Virus record (IMG/VR): IMGVR_UViG_3300020214_000017
Location: 1 to 54,570 of that record
Source of the DNA: a virus
Lineage: Duplodnaviria > Caudoviricetes
Length of the DNA: 54,570 nucleotides
Strand: one strand, 5' to 3'
This document shows positions 37,625 through 47,520 of the stretch, one piece after another. The notes below the pieces were generated by a model, which had not been told where the DNA came from, made no database searches, and saw only the letters and a program-made list of their open reading frames with translations. The translations under genes and the position numbers were made by a program. Each line of letters starts with the position of its first letter. Within the stretch, counting starts at the first letter, position 1.

Positions 37625-37848
37625 TAACCAAGTCCTCTTTGGGCGTATTGGGGTCGCTCCAATTATGGCATGAGGGCTATACGGGCTGGCTCAACATTTG
37701 TTAAATAACAATGGGTGGGAATTGACGTGGTGGGGTACATCGTCGCTTATACGGGCTTACAACGTGTGTGGCGGCCATCAGGACGCCTACAACGCAAATG
37801 GGGTATGCGGCCCGTAGGTCACCCGTGACACGGCGCGAATTTCGATGA

Positions 37849-37960
37849 CCCTCCCCTAGAGGGGGGGGTAGGGGTAGGGGTCACCCCCTGGTGTGGTGAG
37901 GGGGGTAGGGGTAGGGGTAAGGGGCTACCCCCCTAGTGGGGGGCAAGAGTGGGGGTCACC
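37849..37960 (+). repeat. G-tract repeat region (G-quadruplex potential)
   Basis: GGGGGTAGGGGTAGGGGT twice plus further G4-G8 runs, within a non-coding gap. Confidence 0.65.
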
Positions 37961-38253
37961 TTACGTGGTGTGCGATGTGTGTATACAACCACGTATGTGT
38001 TCATACATGACATATAACATTGCGTGAGGAATCGAGCGAACCATGGGAGCAAGGGGTAAACGAAACGCGATGACAAAGGCATCAGTCCACACACGATGCT
38101 ATGCGATGCGAACGCGACGGTTGTGTGTTATTCGTAATATCAAAACCTTGCGACGAAGGAACGACACGACGACAAGAGGGGGGGTGATGTGTGTCTAAAG
38201 AGTCATCATCTACCTCACGGCTTCGTATGCAAGGTTTCGAAGTTGCCCGGGGA

Positions 38254-38277
38254 TATGCCCGTATGCCCGTATGCCCG
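38254..38277 (+). repeat. 8-bp tandem repeat x3
   Basis: TATGCCCG x3. Confidence 0.8.
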
Positions 38278-38510
38278 TGTCGCCTTATTTCATCAATGTC
38301 ATTGGGCTGTAGGGGGTCAGGCAAACCCCCTTCTTCATGGGGCCTATAACACACCAAATCCCCCGCCCAATGGGGGTGGGAAAAGGGGGGATTTTGATGA
38401 CGATAAACGATTGCTGTCGTATAACGAAAGTTGCGGGACTTTTTCGACGCACTGCGTGACACTGGGCACCCCTGCGTCAAATTTTTGGATTCACTAACTT
38501 TTAGTTAGAT

Positions 38511-38981
38511 TTATCCGGTGCCATAAGCAGGGTCGTAGGCAGGATTGGTCATCAAATCCTGGATGTGTTCTGGGTACAGCAGGAACCCACGCACCGGGTT
38601 GCTGGCACCGCCGAAATCGCGTTTCGTCGATTCGTTGAATTTGTCTTTGTTTTGTCGCAAGAAGTTCTTCAGGCGTTGTACGGACACGACCACGAAGGCG
38701 CCGTCAGGGGAGAAGATGTAAACCCACCAGGCGGAGGTGGTTACATTCAACCCGCTCAATTCCCATACCTTTTCCCCGTTTACATCGACCTTCCCCCGGG
38801 GGTTCTGGTTGGTTTCCACAACCATCCGACCGTTCCTATACCTGTCGCTTTTTACCTCGAAGTCGCCATGGGACACCTGCTCCAAGAAAGAAGCAATAAG
38901 GTCTTCGCCTTTCTCTCCATATGCCAAATCATTAATGAAGTTGAATCGTAAAGAAGAAATATCAAAGCCGCGATTTGCCAT
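38511..38981 (-). CDS. PD-(D/E)xK nuclease-fold phage protein
   Basis: GEKGE...FEVKSD...N..V.VE...SGL..T.SAWW. Confidence 0.6.
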   Translation of the reverse strand: MANRGFDISSLRFNFINDLAYGEKGEDLIASFLEQVSHGDFEVKSDRYRNGRMVVETNQNPRGKVDVNGEKVWELSGLNVTTSAWWVYIFSPDGAFVVVSVQRLKNFLRQNKDKFNESTKRDFGGASNPVRGFLLYPEHIQDLMTNPAYDPAYGTG

Positions 38982-39189
38982 CGTCGTCGCCGTTTTCGCT
39001 TGTTTCTGGCAATTTGGCTTGCACGTAACTAACCGGCATCAAGTTGGTCGAGGCGTTGTGGAACAGGCACGGCTCCGATATCACCATCGCTTTGACCAGG
39101 TCGTTGGGCTGTATGTTCAGGTTGTCCGATTTTTTCAAAAGTTTGCTCATGTCGACAATCGACATCAAAGCGTGAACGTCCAAACTCAT
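38962..39189 (-). CDS. Hypothetical protein
   Basis: ORF in operon. Confidence 0.5.
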   Translation of the reverse strand: MSLDVHALMSIVDMSKLLKKSDNLNIQPNDLVKAMVISEPCLFHNASTNLMPVSYVQAKLPETSENGDDDGKSRL

Positions 39190-39190
39190 G

Positions 39191-39778
39191 TTATCTACCC
39201 CCTGAATCCACAATGGCGTTGATGATTTTTTTGAGACGAATAATTTCTTTTTTCAATCGGTCCACCTCGTCGGACGGGTCGTCTGCCGCCTTCTTGCACG
39301 GCCACAGTTTGTCGGCCGAATTCCGCGGGAAAAAATACTTCAAGGTCTGATGTCTTTTTATCCTGTAGACGCCCTCGATTTGTCCGTTGTGAATCGCGCG
39401 CCTGATGGTATCCGTCGACACGTCATATTCCGTAGCCGCTTGGATGATTGAGATGTCGGTCGTGTCCCTTGGTTCGAGAAGGACCTCGTAGTCGACCTCG
39501 ACTCTCAGCATAAGCGCCCCTTCCTTGTGCTCGTCGTGCACGGTTCCATCAGCATACAGAGAACCGTATTGGGGCATTACCCCCAATTTGTCTTTTTTTG
39601 AAAGATTGCATCTCGCGCACGATTTGACCAGATTGAACGGGTCTTTGTTACTCCCGGCGTACCTGGACCGGGGTATGACGTGGTCGATGTGCCAATTATT
39701 GCCGTCCGGGTCGTTGCGGCCCGAGCCCGTCCTCAGGCAGTAGGCGCAAACCTCGACCGACTTCAGCCCGCCCTTCAA
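39191..39778 (-). CDS. HNH endonuclease with excisionase-type HTH
   Basis: CAYC..HIDHVIPRS..NLVKSCARCNLSK; QAATEYDVSTDTIRRAIHNG. Confidence 0.85.
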   Translation of the reverse strand: MKGGLKSVEVCAYCLRTGSGRNDPDGNNWHIDHVIPRSRYAGSNKDPFNLVKSCARCNLSKKDKLGVMPQYGSLYADGTVHDEHKEGALMLRVEVDYEVLLEPRDTTDISIIQAATEYDVSTDTIRRAIHNGQIEGVYRIKRHQTLKYFFPRNSADKLWPCKKAADDPSDEVDRLKKEIIRLKKIINAIVDSGGR

Positions 39779-39987
39779 AGTTTGCCCTCGAACTCGTCGC
39801 CAATCCTGACCCGCACCAGCCTGTACATATGCCGCTCGAGCCAGCCGATTCTGTCCCTGAGGGGTTTGTCGTTTTTTTCCAGCCGCTCAATCCTGTTTTT
39901 CAAATCACGCGTCATAAAAAGCACTAGGAAAAAGTCGGCGGCCAGACCCACAAAGAGGCCGATAGCAAACCAGATTACGGTTTCCAT
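39775..39987 (-). CDS. Small membrane protein
   Basis: N-terminal TM plus coiled coil. Confidence 0.55.
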   Translation of the reverse strand: METVIWFAIGLFVGLAADFFLVLFMTRDLKNRIERLEKNDKPLRDRIGWLERHMYRLVRVRIGDEFEGKL

Positions 39988-40149
39988 TGCATCCCCGTTC
40001 TTAATTGCTTAATTTTATAAGTATCCAAACCTGAAGACATAAAACAATTATCGGAACAACTGTTCTAACAAATTCCATCGTATGGTTGTATTCGTCCATT
40101 TTTTGCTCGAACCGATTTCGATTTTTAAGGCGGTCGTTGTACGCAGGCA

Positions 40150-40413
40150 TCAATTTAATTGCCTCACTTTCAATACGTTTGCATCTTCTTCAATCAAATC
40201 AGTGAGCAAGGCAACGGCCCAATCGCAAAATTCTTTCACCGACATGTCGGTCGAACAGGAAACAGTGAAAAGGTGCTGTAAATTTATCCTGTTGTTAATA
40301 AAATCGCCACGAAATATCTGGGCTTTGTCCATTCCGGACCATTTACAAGTCCAAATATCCCGGCCATGACCAACTGTGTCAATCGAAACTTCGTGGCTAT
40401 CTATAATGCGCAT
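40150..40413 (-). CDS. Hypothetical protein
   Basis: AAGGGA SD. Confidence 0.5.
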   Translation of the reverse strand: MRIIDSHEVSIDTVGHGRDIWTCKWSGMDKAQIFRGDFINNRINLQHLFTVSCSTDMSVKEFCDWAVALLTDLIEEDANVLKVRQLN

Positions 40414-40440
40414 AACAATCCCTTTTTTAATTAAATTTAT

Positions 40441-41013
40441 CTAAACTCGTTTCCACCACCGCAAACGTTCCTCTAATAAGGGCCAGTCTAGTATCTTCAA
40501 TTGGTTCCTATGTACCAACCTGGTGTCGTCCGGTGAATAATGGGCGGGTTCGCCGATGGCCCAGCCCTTGTCGTAGTCGATTTGGCCCCATATCTCCACC
40601 TGCCTTAATTCGGGCATGATTGCTTTGGCCACAAAAAGAATCAGCCCCTTACCTAAATCCCGTTTGCGAACAGCCGCCGTTTCTCCGGTCCTGACCCGCC
40701 GCACCTCTATATTTTCGCCCACGTCGCTTATCTTGTTTTTGTAGACGTTGTGCAGGTCCGCTGCCCAAACGTGGCCGGACCAATAGTTGTTGGTTGCCTT
40801 CGCCACAGCCAGTTCGCAGACAGCGGCGGCGACTTGCGCCGTCCGGTCGTCTTCCATCAGTTCTTTTTTGTAATACGGAGCGTCTTTTTTGCGCCAATTT
40901 TCGATGTATCGGCGGGTGCCAACATGGGAGGCCCACTCGTATTCGAACGGCTCTAGTTGAACATTAAACGAGTCTACGTGGTCATTTTTTGCTAGATGTT
41001 TTGCGTACGTCAT
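40441..41013 (-). CDS. Phage protein, possible PD-(D/E)xK-like fold
   Basis: CELAVAK...DVG.NIEVRR. Confidence 0.6.
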   Translation of the reverse strand: MTYAKHLAKNDHVDSFNVQLEPFEYEWASHVGTRRYIENWRKKDAPYYKKELMEDDRTAQVAAAVCELAVAKATNNYWSGHVWAADLHNVYKNKISDVGENIEVRRVRTGETAAVRKRDLGKGLILFVAKAIMPELRQVEIWGQIDYDKGWAIGEPAHYSPDDTRLVHRNQLKILDWPLLEERLRWWKRV

Positions 41014-41321
41014 TACCTCAGTCTAGTGTTGCACTTCAAACAAAACTCGGACCAGGGGTAATACCGACGCTGGTTAACCGGGTGACTGCATTCAAGTAAT
41101 TCTTTGGCTCGAGAATTTAAAGTATCCCGAATAAACTGAGATAGATTTATCCCTTCTTTTTCGGCGGCAAGTTTCCACTTACTGCGCTCTGTATCCGTAG
41201 TTCTTATCAAAACCTGTTTATCGGCAGGGCCATCGTCGTCTTTGGAAATTGTCTTAACCGTCGGATTTAGGTTCTCCGTCACCTTGTCTATCGCCGACTT
41301 CAAGTTGTCTTGTTCGTCCAT
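41013..41321 (-). CDS. RHH DNA-binding protein with C-terminal zinc ribbon
   Basis: VLIRTT..ERSKWKLAAEKEGINLSQFIRDTLN; CSH...CLKC. Confidence 0.6.
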   Translation of the reverse strand: MDEQDNLKSAIDKVTENLNPTVKTISKDDDGPADKQVLIRTTDTERSKWKLAAEKEGINLSQFIRDTLNSRAKELLECSHPVNQRRYYPWSEFCLKCNTRLR

Positions 41322-41919
41322 CATCAACCACCTCAGCATCGATAATAGTTGAACGACCGAGCATCTGGTTGACAGTTTCCTCCGGCAAAACCCCAGAAGT
41401 AGCCATTATTTCAAGCAATTTTTTGGCTTCAGACTCCGGGTCGAATTTATAAATTTCTTTCTTGATACCCGCCTGTCCAGCAAGCGTAGCCCTGATTGGC
41501 GACGCCACGGCACCGCTGGATATCTCGGCTTGAATATTGACCCTAGTTTGGTCCATACCAAGCAGTTTTGAGCGTCTATCGCTTATTGCCAATACCTGTT
41601 GCACTGCCTTCATATCAGGCTCGATTTGAACCTCGGTGCCGTCGTCCATAGTCACCTTTCTATGTTGCGTAAGTGGCCATAGCGCCGCCTGTAATGAATC
41701 CAAACGCTCCAATTCCATTCGTAAAACATCTAAATAAACCAGCCCGTCTTCTTTGTTGAGTTTTTCCAACTGTCGATTAACCGCGTTGGAAACAACCTTC
41801 GTGGAAACACCAAACCTTTTTGCAATTTCGCTTATCGCCACGCCGGCCTGACGCATTTTAAAAATACGAGAGTCACGCTCCGCTAAAAATTCTTTGGTCA
41901 TTGGTGTGTTGTTGCTCAT
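41254..41919 (-). CDS. HTH protein, terminase small subunit-like
   Basis: MRQAG..ISEIAKRFGVS; ELERLD.LQ..LW; VL.I..RRSKLLG.D. Confidence 0.5.
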   Translation of the reverse strand: MSNNTPMTKEFLAERDSRIFKMRQAGVAISEIAKRFGVSTKVVSNAVNRQLEKLNKEDGLVYLDVLRMELERLDSLQAALWPLTQHRKVTMDDGTEVQIEPDMKAVQQVLAISDRRSKLLGMDQTRVNIQAEISSGAVASPIRATLAGQAGIKKEIYKFDPESEAKKLLEIMATSGVLPEETVNQMLGRSTIIDAEVVDDGRTRQLEVGDRQGDGEPKSDG

Positions 41920-41923
41920 ATTT

Positions 41924-43639
41924 TTATGTGTGTATTATTGGCGCCCAGTCCACAACCTCAAATGGAAAACGTTTTCCTCTTCTAATTCTAGTTGGCCATT
42001 GACGTTCCTCGCGGGCACCCCTGAAATGTCTAATGTCATAATGAAAAGCCATACCCGTTGCATCGGGCTGTAGCGAAATACCAAACTCCGGCCAACGTGA
42101 CCACACAGCGGAACCAAAAGGTCGAAGTTCTCGGGTTGTCATCGAATTGCCCAATGGTGCGTGGTGTTCTAGCCACATTGCACACTGAAAAGTATCTCGC
42201 ACTACATCCAAATATCTTGCGACCTCGATTGCAACGGCTTCGCTTGTTCGGCCACCCGGGTCGATAAAAGATTTGTAAAGCGGACCCATAATCAAAATTG
42301 TGGGCTGGATACGTTCCATCATCTCCTCAAGGACGGCCCTATCCTCGACTCGCAATAAATTTAGGCCCTGTGGCTTTATTAAAAGATGTGCCTGTGGATT
42401 TTTGTTTCCAGAGACAGAAAATGCCGCATTGTAAATCGAACGCGACGTTCGTCTTATGATTCTTTCGGGATTTTCCAAATCAACAGACAGAGTTATCTGT
42501 GGTTTAATTTTTTGAAAAGAAAATGGATGAAGGCCCATGCTGACACAAATAGCCACCTGTCTGGAAAGCATTGTTTTCCCCACACCCTCAGCGGCAACAA
42601 CAATTACTCGCTCAGTTCTTTCAAGAAGGCCGGGTATCAGCCAATCGAACGCATCATCCTGACTTTCGTTGACAAAATCACGCCAAGACACAAGGCGACC
42701 AGAATCAACCAATTTTGTACTTGAATTACGGGCAATGAGCAGTTGTGTTCTCGACAATTTTTGGCTTTCGGACATGTCGTTACGCTCGAGAATTTCATAA
42801 ATTTCGCTTATCGTGCGCGTTTCCGTCGATTCAATTGTTGGGGTGCTTTTCTCCGGCTGATTTTCGATAGTTCCCAAGTCGACCTGGTTAAGTTCTTCAA
42901 TTGAGCCACCGTTTTGTATATGGTCGGTGATGTCTTTGCCTTTGGCACAAATCCATACCTGGGCATCACAACCGGCATCGGTCAATTCTTCGTAAACATT
43001 TTTCGCATGCCTCAAACCCGCGTCATCATTATCCGCAATTATTTCGACGACCGCGCCAGCAAGCGACTCGGTATGAATAGGCAGCCACGTGCCGGCACCA
43101 TTTGGCATGGTGGTTGCACAAATGCCCATTTTGGTCAGGGTGTCTACGTCTTTCTCGCCTTCAACCACCCAAATGGGGGCACCTTCTTTTTTTGCCTGCA
43201 AAACTTTCGGCAGATTATAAAGCACCCGGGGGGTGTCGCCCAGTCTGTATTCCCAGCCACCATTTTGATTGGGTTTTCTTTGCCTGAATTCTTTTTTATT
43301 AGTCTCATAATCGATATATCGAAGTTTTTCGAAAAGCAATGTGCCCTTTTCGTCAAAATACTGATATTTCGCTACTAAGTTAAGTTTTTTCTGCGTTTTA
43401 GGTGGATAAAGGTCAGACATTTGAATTCCCATTGCTTCGCATGCCTGTTTTGTGTCACATCTTCCGGCATGGCAGTAAACGACGACTTTACCACCTTCGC
43501 CCTGAGATACCGAAAACGATGGATTGTGGTCGTCGTTTCGACAGGGACATTTTGCTTGGAATCCACCCGAAACCCTTACAACGCCCTGCAGTCGGTTTAA
43601 AACGTTTTGTAATTGGGGTGAAATCGATATTTCAGCCAT
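41924..43639 (-). CDS. Primase-helicase (Zn finger, TOPRIM, RecA-like AAA_25)
   Basis: CPC..D.NPS..CHAG.C; VVEGEKD, ADNDDAG, KDITD; AAEGVGKT. Confidence 0.9.
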   Translation of the reverse strand: MAEISISPQLQNVLNRLQGVVRVSGGFQAKCPCRNDDHNPSFSVSQGEGGKVVVYCHAGRCDTKQACEAMGIQMSDLYPPKTQKKLNLVAKYQYFDEKGTLLFEKLRYIDYETNKKEFRQRKPNQNGGWEYRLGDTPRVLYNLPKVLQAKKEGAPIWVVEGEKDVDTLTKMGICATTMPNGAGTWLPIHTESLAGAVVEIIADNDDAGLRHAKNVYEELTDAGCDAQVWICAKGKDITDHIQNGGSIEELNQVDLGTIENQPEKSTPTIESTETRTISEIYEILERNDMSESQKLSRTQLLIARNSSTKLVDSGRLVSWRDFVNESQDDAFDWLIPGLLERTERVIVVAAEGVGKTMLSRQVAICVSMGLHPFSFQKIKPQITLSVDLENPERIIRRTSRSIYNAAFSVSGNKNPQAHLLIKPQGLNLLRVEDRAVLEEMMERIQPTILIMGPLYKSFIDPGGRTSEAVAIEVARYLDVVRDTFQCAMWLEHHAPLGNSMTTRELRPFGSAVWSRWPEFGISLQPDATGMAFHYDIRHFRGAREERQWPTRIRRGKRFPFEVVDWAPIIHT

Positions 43640-44252
43640 TTTTAATTAGGCGTTTGGCAACCGCTTTACTTTTTTGATAATACTCGTCTTGGTGCGGCGC
43701 CATGCTCGGCGTCATAAAATTAAGTCTGGTTTTGCGAGCAAACCGATTCATTTGCACTTCGCGCAAGCACTCTATATTCAATTTGTAACGCAAATAGACA
43801 CGTTCGATTTCGGTGGTTCCACCCCAAATTCCGAAAGGTTCAGCCTTCAGGGCGTATTCCAAACAGGTTTCTTGAATTTTACATCCCATGCAGATGTCAA
43901 TGGCCTCACGAATAGTGCTCTCATGTTTTATTTTTGCCAAACGCGAATAGTTTTCAAGTTCTGGAAAAAATTGCTTTTTGGGAAAGGACTTGCATGCCGC
44001 ATCGGAAAAATCAGGAAAATCAACGTCGATTATTTTGGTTTCAAAATCGACCGGGCTTTTTGGGATGCGACTAGGTTTTTGGGTATTAAGGAGTTGTTTA
44101 TCTTTTAAATGTCGCCGAACCCGTTCCTGGCCAACCATTAGTATTGAGGCGATACTGTGAACTGAGTGATTTTCTCGATGTAGTTTTTCGATTAGAAATT
44201 TTTGGTCTTCATCGAAGATTTTGCGAAGTCCCTTTTTGCTATTCATAAACAC
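43632..44252 (-). CDS. whiB: WhiB-family regulator with N-terminal HTH extension
   Basis: AAC...FFP...ICMGC.I..TCLEYAL..EPFGIWGGTTE.ER. Confidence 0.85.
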   Translation of the reverse strand: MFMNSKKGLRKIFDEDQKFLIEKLHRENHSVHSIASILMVGQERVRRHLKDKQLLNTQKPSRIPKSPVDFETKIIDVDFPDFSDAACKSFPKKQFFPELENYSRLAKIKHESTIREAIDICMGCKIQETCLEYALKAEPFGIWGGTTEIERVYLRYKLNIECLREVQMNRFARKTRLNFMTPSMAPHQDEYYQKSKAVAKRLIKNG

Positions 44253-44267
44253 CCCTCCTTTTGAAAA

Positions 44268-44666
44268 TTATCTTATGAGTCTATTTATATTCGGTTCCGA
44301 AAGAAACACCACGGCACCGGAAATTTTTTGCTCCCCAAATTTATCGACCACGGAAATTTCGATTTGCTCCAAAGATACACCAAGGGTGTGTGCTAGTTGC
44401 GCTTTAATTTTTGCGATTTCTACTTCGGTATGTTGCAGGTCGGGTTCTATTGTCTTTGCCGGTGACGCCAACGCCCTAATTTCTAATTCTTTTGCCCTTG
44501 AACGCAAACACCACGCACATGCAAGAGAATTCGAGGTAGCGGCCCGCGACCGCCTTTCAACGTGCCCGCATTCTAAAAAATGCTCGTATACGACATTGCC
44601 CCAACTACCCACACGACGTATCTCCGTTATTTTACGACGTGGTGCGCGGCGATGTTCTGTTGTCAT
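44268..44666 (-). CDS. Hypothetical protein with putative Zn-binding residues
   Basis: LECGH...CAWC. Confidence 0.65.
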   Translation of the reverse strand: MTTEHRRAPRRKITEIRRVGSWGNVVYEHFLECGHVERRSRAATSNSLACAWCLRSRAKELEIRALASPAKTIEPDLQHTEVEIAKIKAQLAHTLGVSLEQIEISVVDKFGEQKISGAVVFLSEPNINRLIR

Positions 44667-44670
44667 TTAA

Positions 44671-45096
44671 TTATGTTGCCTCCTTGGGGGAACCATAAAG
44701 ATTTTCATAAATTATTTTTTGTTGTGGCAACCAGCCATCATTTTCAAACTCACTAGCCAGCGTTTTATAACGCCCTTGTTTGAACATCCGCGTTCCCGGT
44801 TTCCCCGTTTTCTCACAAATTGTCTGGGAAAGCAATTCATATTTTGATACAATTTGGAAAATTTCATATTCGGCCATATCGCCGAGTTTGGTGTCAAAAT
44901 AATAACGAAGACTGCCAAATTTTTCTTTAATTTCATAAATCTTATAATTTGGGTCAATTTTGAGTATTTCCAGGTGGCATTCAGCCACCAAATTGTGCCA
45001 CCCCTCTTCGCAGGCTATGGTTTTGGCGTACAAAGGGTCAATTTTTTTCTTAATCTCTTCGAAAATTTCGGGGATATTTGGGAGCCCTTTGTCCAT
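44671..45096 (-). CDS. Conserved phage hypothetical protein
   Basis: C.EGW..L...IKEKFGSLRYY...S..ICE..GKPG. Confidence 0.7.
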   Translation of the reverse strand: MDKGLPNIPEIFEEIKKKIDPLYAKTIACEEGWHNLVAECHLEILKIDPNYKIYEIKEKFGSLRYYFDTKLGDMAEYEIFQIVSKYELLSQTICEKTGKPGTRMFKQGRYKTLASEFENDGWLPQQKIIYENLYGSPKEAT

Positions 45097-45101
45097 ATTG
45101 G

Positions 45102-45416
45102 CTAAACCTCCTTGCTTTCACGGGCTTCACATTCCCAGCCCAGCGCCGCATAGCCCACGGCGTCTTTCCAATGGTCTTTTTCGTTTGACGTCCATGTCAA
45201 TCGAGCGGTTTTTAGCAACATCATCATGGCTGCTACGTCGTGGGGAAAAATTTTAAGGCTGCCGCGGCGCGCCAAAATCCGTAAAAGATAGGTCTGCCAA
45301 AAAGCAGCAGTTGTTGTAAAATCTTCTAAGGGGTCGCCGTAATCAAGGTTTCTTTTGCCATTGATGATGGCTTCTGTTTCCGCCAAAATTTCGCCACGGA
45401 TATTCTTGTTTGCCAT
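45102..45416 (-). CDS. DUF6378-like phage protein
   Basis: I.G.R..DYGDP..DF...A.FW..YL...DVA.MM.LLK.AR...D.W.D..GYAA. Confidence 0.75.
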   Translation of the reverse strand: MANKNIRGEILAETEAIINGKRNLDYGDPLEDFTTTAAFWQTYLLRILARRGSLKIFPHDVAAMMMLLKTARLTWTSNEKDHWKDAVGYAALGWECEARESKEV

Positions 45417-45451
45417 GGCGCCATGCTAGCCGTAAAAGGTATTTTTGATTG

Positions 45452-46060
45452 TTAGGGTTTGTTCTTGTCGCACCGATGTGCGTATTGTGGGCCCCACTGG
45501 CATGGGTCCCAGGGGGCCCATCCCGAATTTTCGTATAAAAGGTATCCGACCCGAAGATTGACGAGTGGGTCGAGCAGTGGCTTTTGGGTGCAAATATTCA
45601 TTTTCAAGCAAGCAAGGGCCCACTTATTGCGCTTCGTGTCGTAGTTGACTCCATTGATTTGAAGTAGGCCCGAATCAGAGCGGTGGTTCCATTCGGACAC
45701 CCCTATAATGACGCAATTCTTGTTGACCACGTCGCCGCCGCGGCGGTTCGGGCAGCCACCCGACTCGCGCAAGATAATTTGGGCCAACTCGTCGTGGGTA
45801 TGGGTTGGCCAGTTGGCCAAAGTGGCAAGTTGCGGAAGCCACGAAACGTCACCCCATGAAAATATTATGTTTTTGTAAGTGGGCGCCCCTTCTTCAGCCC
45901 TCAATAAACTGCGTGTTGCGATTGTTGTTTTGGTCGTCGGTTGAGAAACGTTCGACATTGCCGGGTTTGGGTCTTTGGGCACTATCTGGGCGCTGGCAGG
46001 TATTTGGATACCCAACACCAGAAGTAAACTAGATAAAATCCAACCGTAAAAAACTTTCAA
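45452..46060 (-). CDS. Secreted lytic transglycosylase (SLT/lysozyme-like)
   Basis: Signal peptide; RESGG, SGLLQIN, L.DP..N, GWAPW. Confidence 0.75.
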   Translation of the reverse strand: MKVFYGWILSSLLLVLGIQIPASAQIVPKDPNPAMSNVSQPTTKTTIATRSLLRAEEGAPTYKNIIFSWGDVSWLPQLATLANWPTHTHDELAQIILRESGGCPNRRGGDVVNKNCVIIGVSEWNHRSDSGLLQINGVNYDTKRNKWALACLKMNICTQKPLLDPLVNLRVGYLLYENSGWAPWDPCQWGPQYAHRCDKNKP

Positions 46061-46450
46061 TGTTTCAATCCTTTGTTCGGTGGGTCAAAGATACGACAAG
46101 TAATAGGGCAAGCCGTTTTAGATATGGTTCTATGTTACTTCGTTACGGTTCTATTTTACCAGAATTGCGGCGTTTTCGATGTTTAAGGTGAAAATGTTTA
46201 GTTATTTCATCTCCATCAATAATAATTTCAGGTATTAAATCGCTTATTTCATAAAGAACATCTATAACATCTAAAACATTAACTTTTTCTTCATTTTCTA
46301 AATTTAAAACTAATAAATCTGCAATTAGTTCATCTATAAAATCATAAACATTTAAAGTTTTATTATTGTTTGTCATAAGACTAGACTACCTTCAAATATG
46401 CTGAGTTGCTACCGTCTTTTGGTTAAATTTATCCGATATAGTGGGTGCAT

Positions 46451-47470
46451 ATGCCACATGGAATAGAAATTAATAAAGACGGGCAAGCCCGAATGGCTTT
46501 TGCAAATAGGCAAGCGCCTTGGCACCGACTTGGTATTGCCATGTCTGGTCTACAAACCGCTGCAGATATGTTAAAGGCCGCCCAAGCCGATTTCGATGTT
46601 GTGCTGGCTGAAGTGGCGGCGGTTGATTCTAATGGCGAAATTTTAAGAAACCCTGATGGTTCTTTAGTAAAAATTACCGATTCACGAGCAACACTTCGAG
46701 TAAATGACGACGGTACTTTTGATGGCCTATCCACTGTTGGTACCCGCTTTACGATTCAACAAAATTGCGAAGTCATGGATAGAGCGATGGATGTTGTTGG
46801 CGTCGCTGACGGAGACGCTGTCGTTGATACTTGTGGCGTTCTTGACGGGGGTAGGGAGTTTTTTGCGTGTATTGATTTAGGTTCATTGATTATTGACCCG
46901 CTTGGTGTTAATGATTCAATCCAGCGTTATTTGTTGGTTCGCAACGGACATAATGGCAAGACTCCGGTCACATTCGCCAATACGGGCATTAGGGCTGTAT
47001 GTAAAAATACAGTGGTTGCCGGTCTTTCTACAGCAAAAAGTATTTTTACCGCTCGCCACACGCGCAACGCTGATAACGCAATGGAGGAGGCACGCGCCAT
47101 TTTGGGTATGTCAGTTGAGTGGGCAAAAGCATTTACCGCTGCTGCTGAAGATTTGTTAAAAATTGAAGTAAATCAAGTTAAAATTGACCGTACGTTACAA
47201 AATTTGTTTCCCATTAAGACCAACGAGACCGAACGTCAAAAAAAGAATCGCGAAGAAACGTGGTCAATGGTCAAGGGTTTATATATTAATTTCAATAATG
47301 CTGGTAGTTTTGGCAACAATGGATGGTCTTTGCTTAATTCAGTCGGCGAATATCTTGACCATTACAGAGATGCGAATTCTATAGATAAGGCAAATGCGTC
47401 AATGAGTACTTACTCGTGGGTTACCAAAACAAAAAAACAAGCCGAATCATTTATCCTGTCACTTGTTTAA
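46451..47470 (+). CDS. DUF932 family phage/plasmid protein
   Basis: PWHRLG...QN...G.L.GG...YLL..N.H.G...R.VC.NT...RHT. Confidence 0.85.
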   Translation: MPHGIEINKDGQARMAFANRQAPWHRLGIAMSGLQTAADMLKAAQADFDVVLAEVAAVDSNGEILRNPDGSLVKITDSRATLRVNDDGTFDGLSTVGTRFTIQQNCEVMDRAMDVVGVADGDAVVDTCGVLDGGREFFACIDLGSLIIDPLGVNDSIQRYLLVRNGHNGKTPVTFANTGIRAVCKNTVVAGLSTAKSIFTARHTRNADNAMEEARAILGMSVEWAKAFTAAAEDLLKIEVNQVKIDRTLQNLFPIKTNETERQKKNREETWSMVKGLYINFNNAGSFGNNGWSLLNSVGEYLDHYRDANSIDKANASMSTYSWVTKTKKQAESFILSLV

Positions 47471-47520
47471 TCCTATTTGGTGCCATAATGTTCCTGGGGA
47501 AACCCAGATGAGGAAACATT

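Noticed and set aside
28264-37673. Many plus-strand ORFs opposite the giant gene
   Set aside because: Antisense shadows without motifs or expression signals
44134-44143. ACCATTAGTA core inside the whiB gene
   Set aside because: Lacks the -35 and -10 flanks; probably chance
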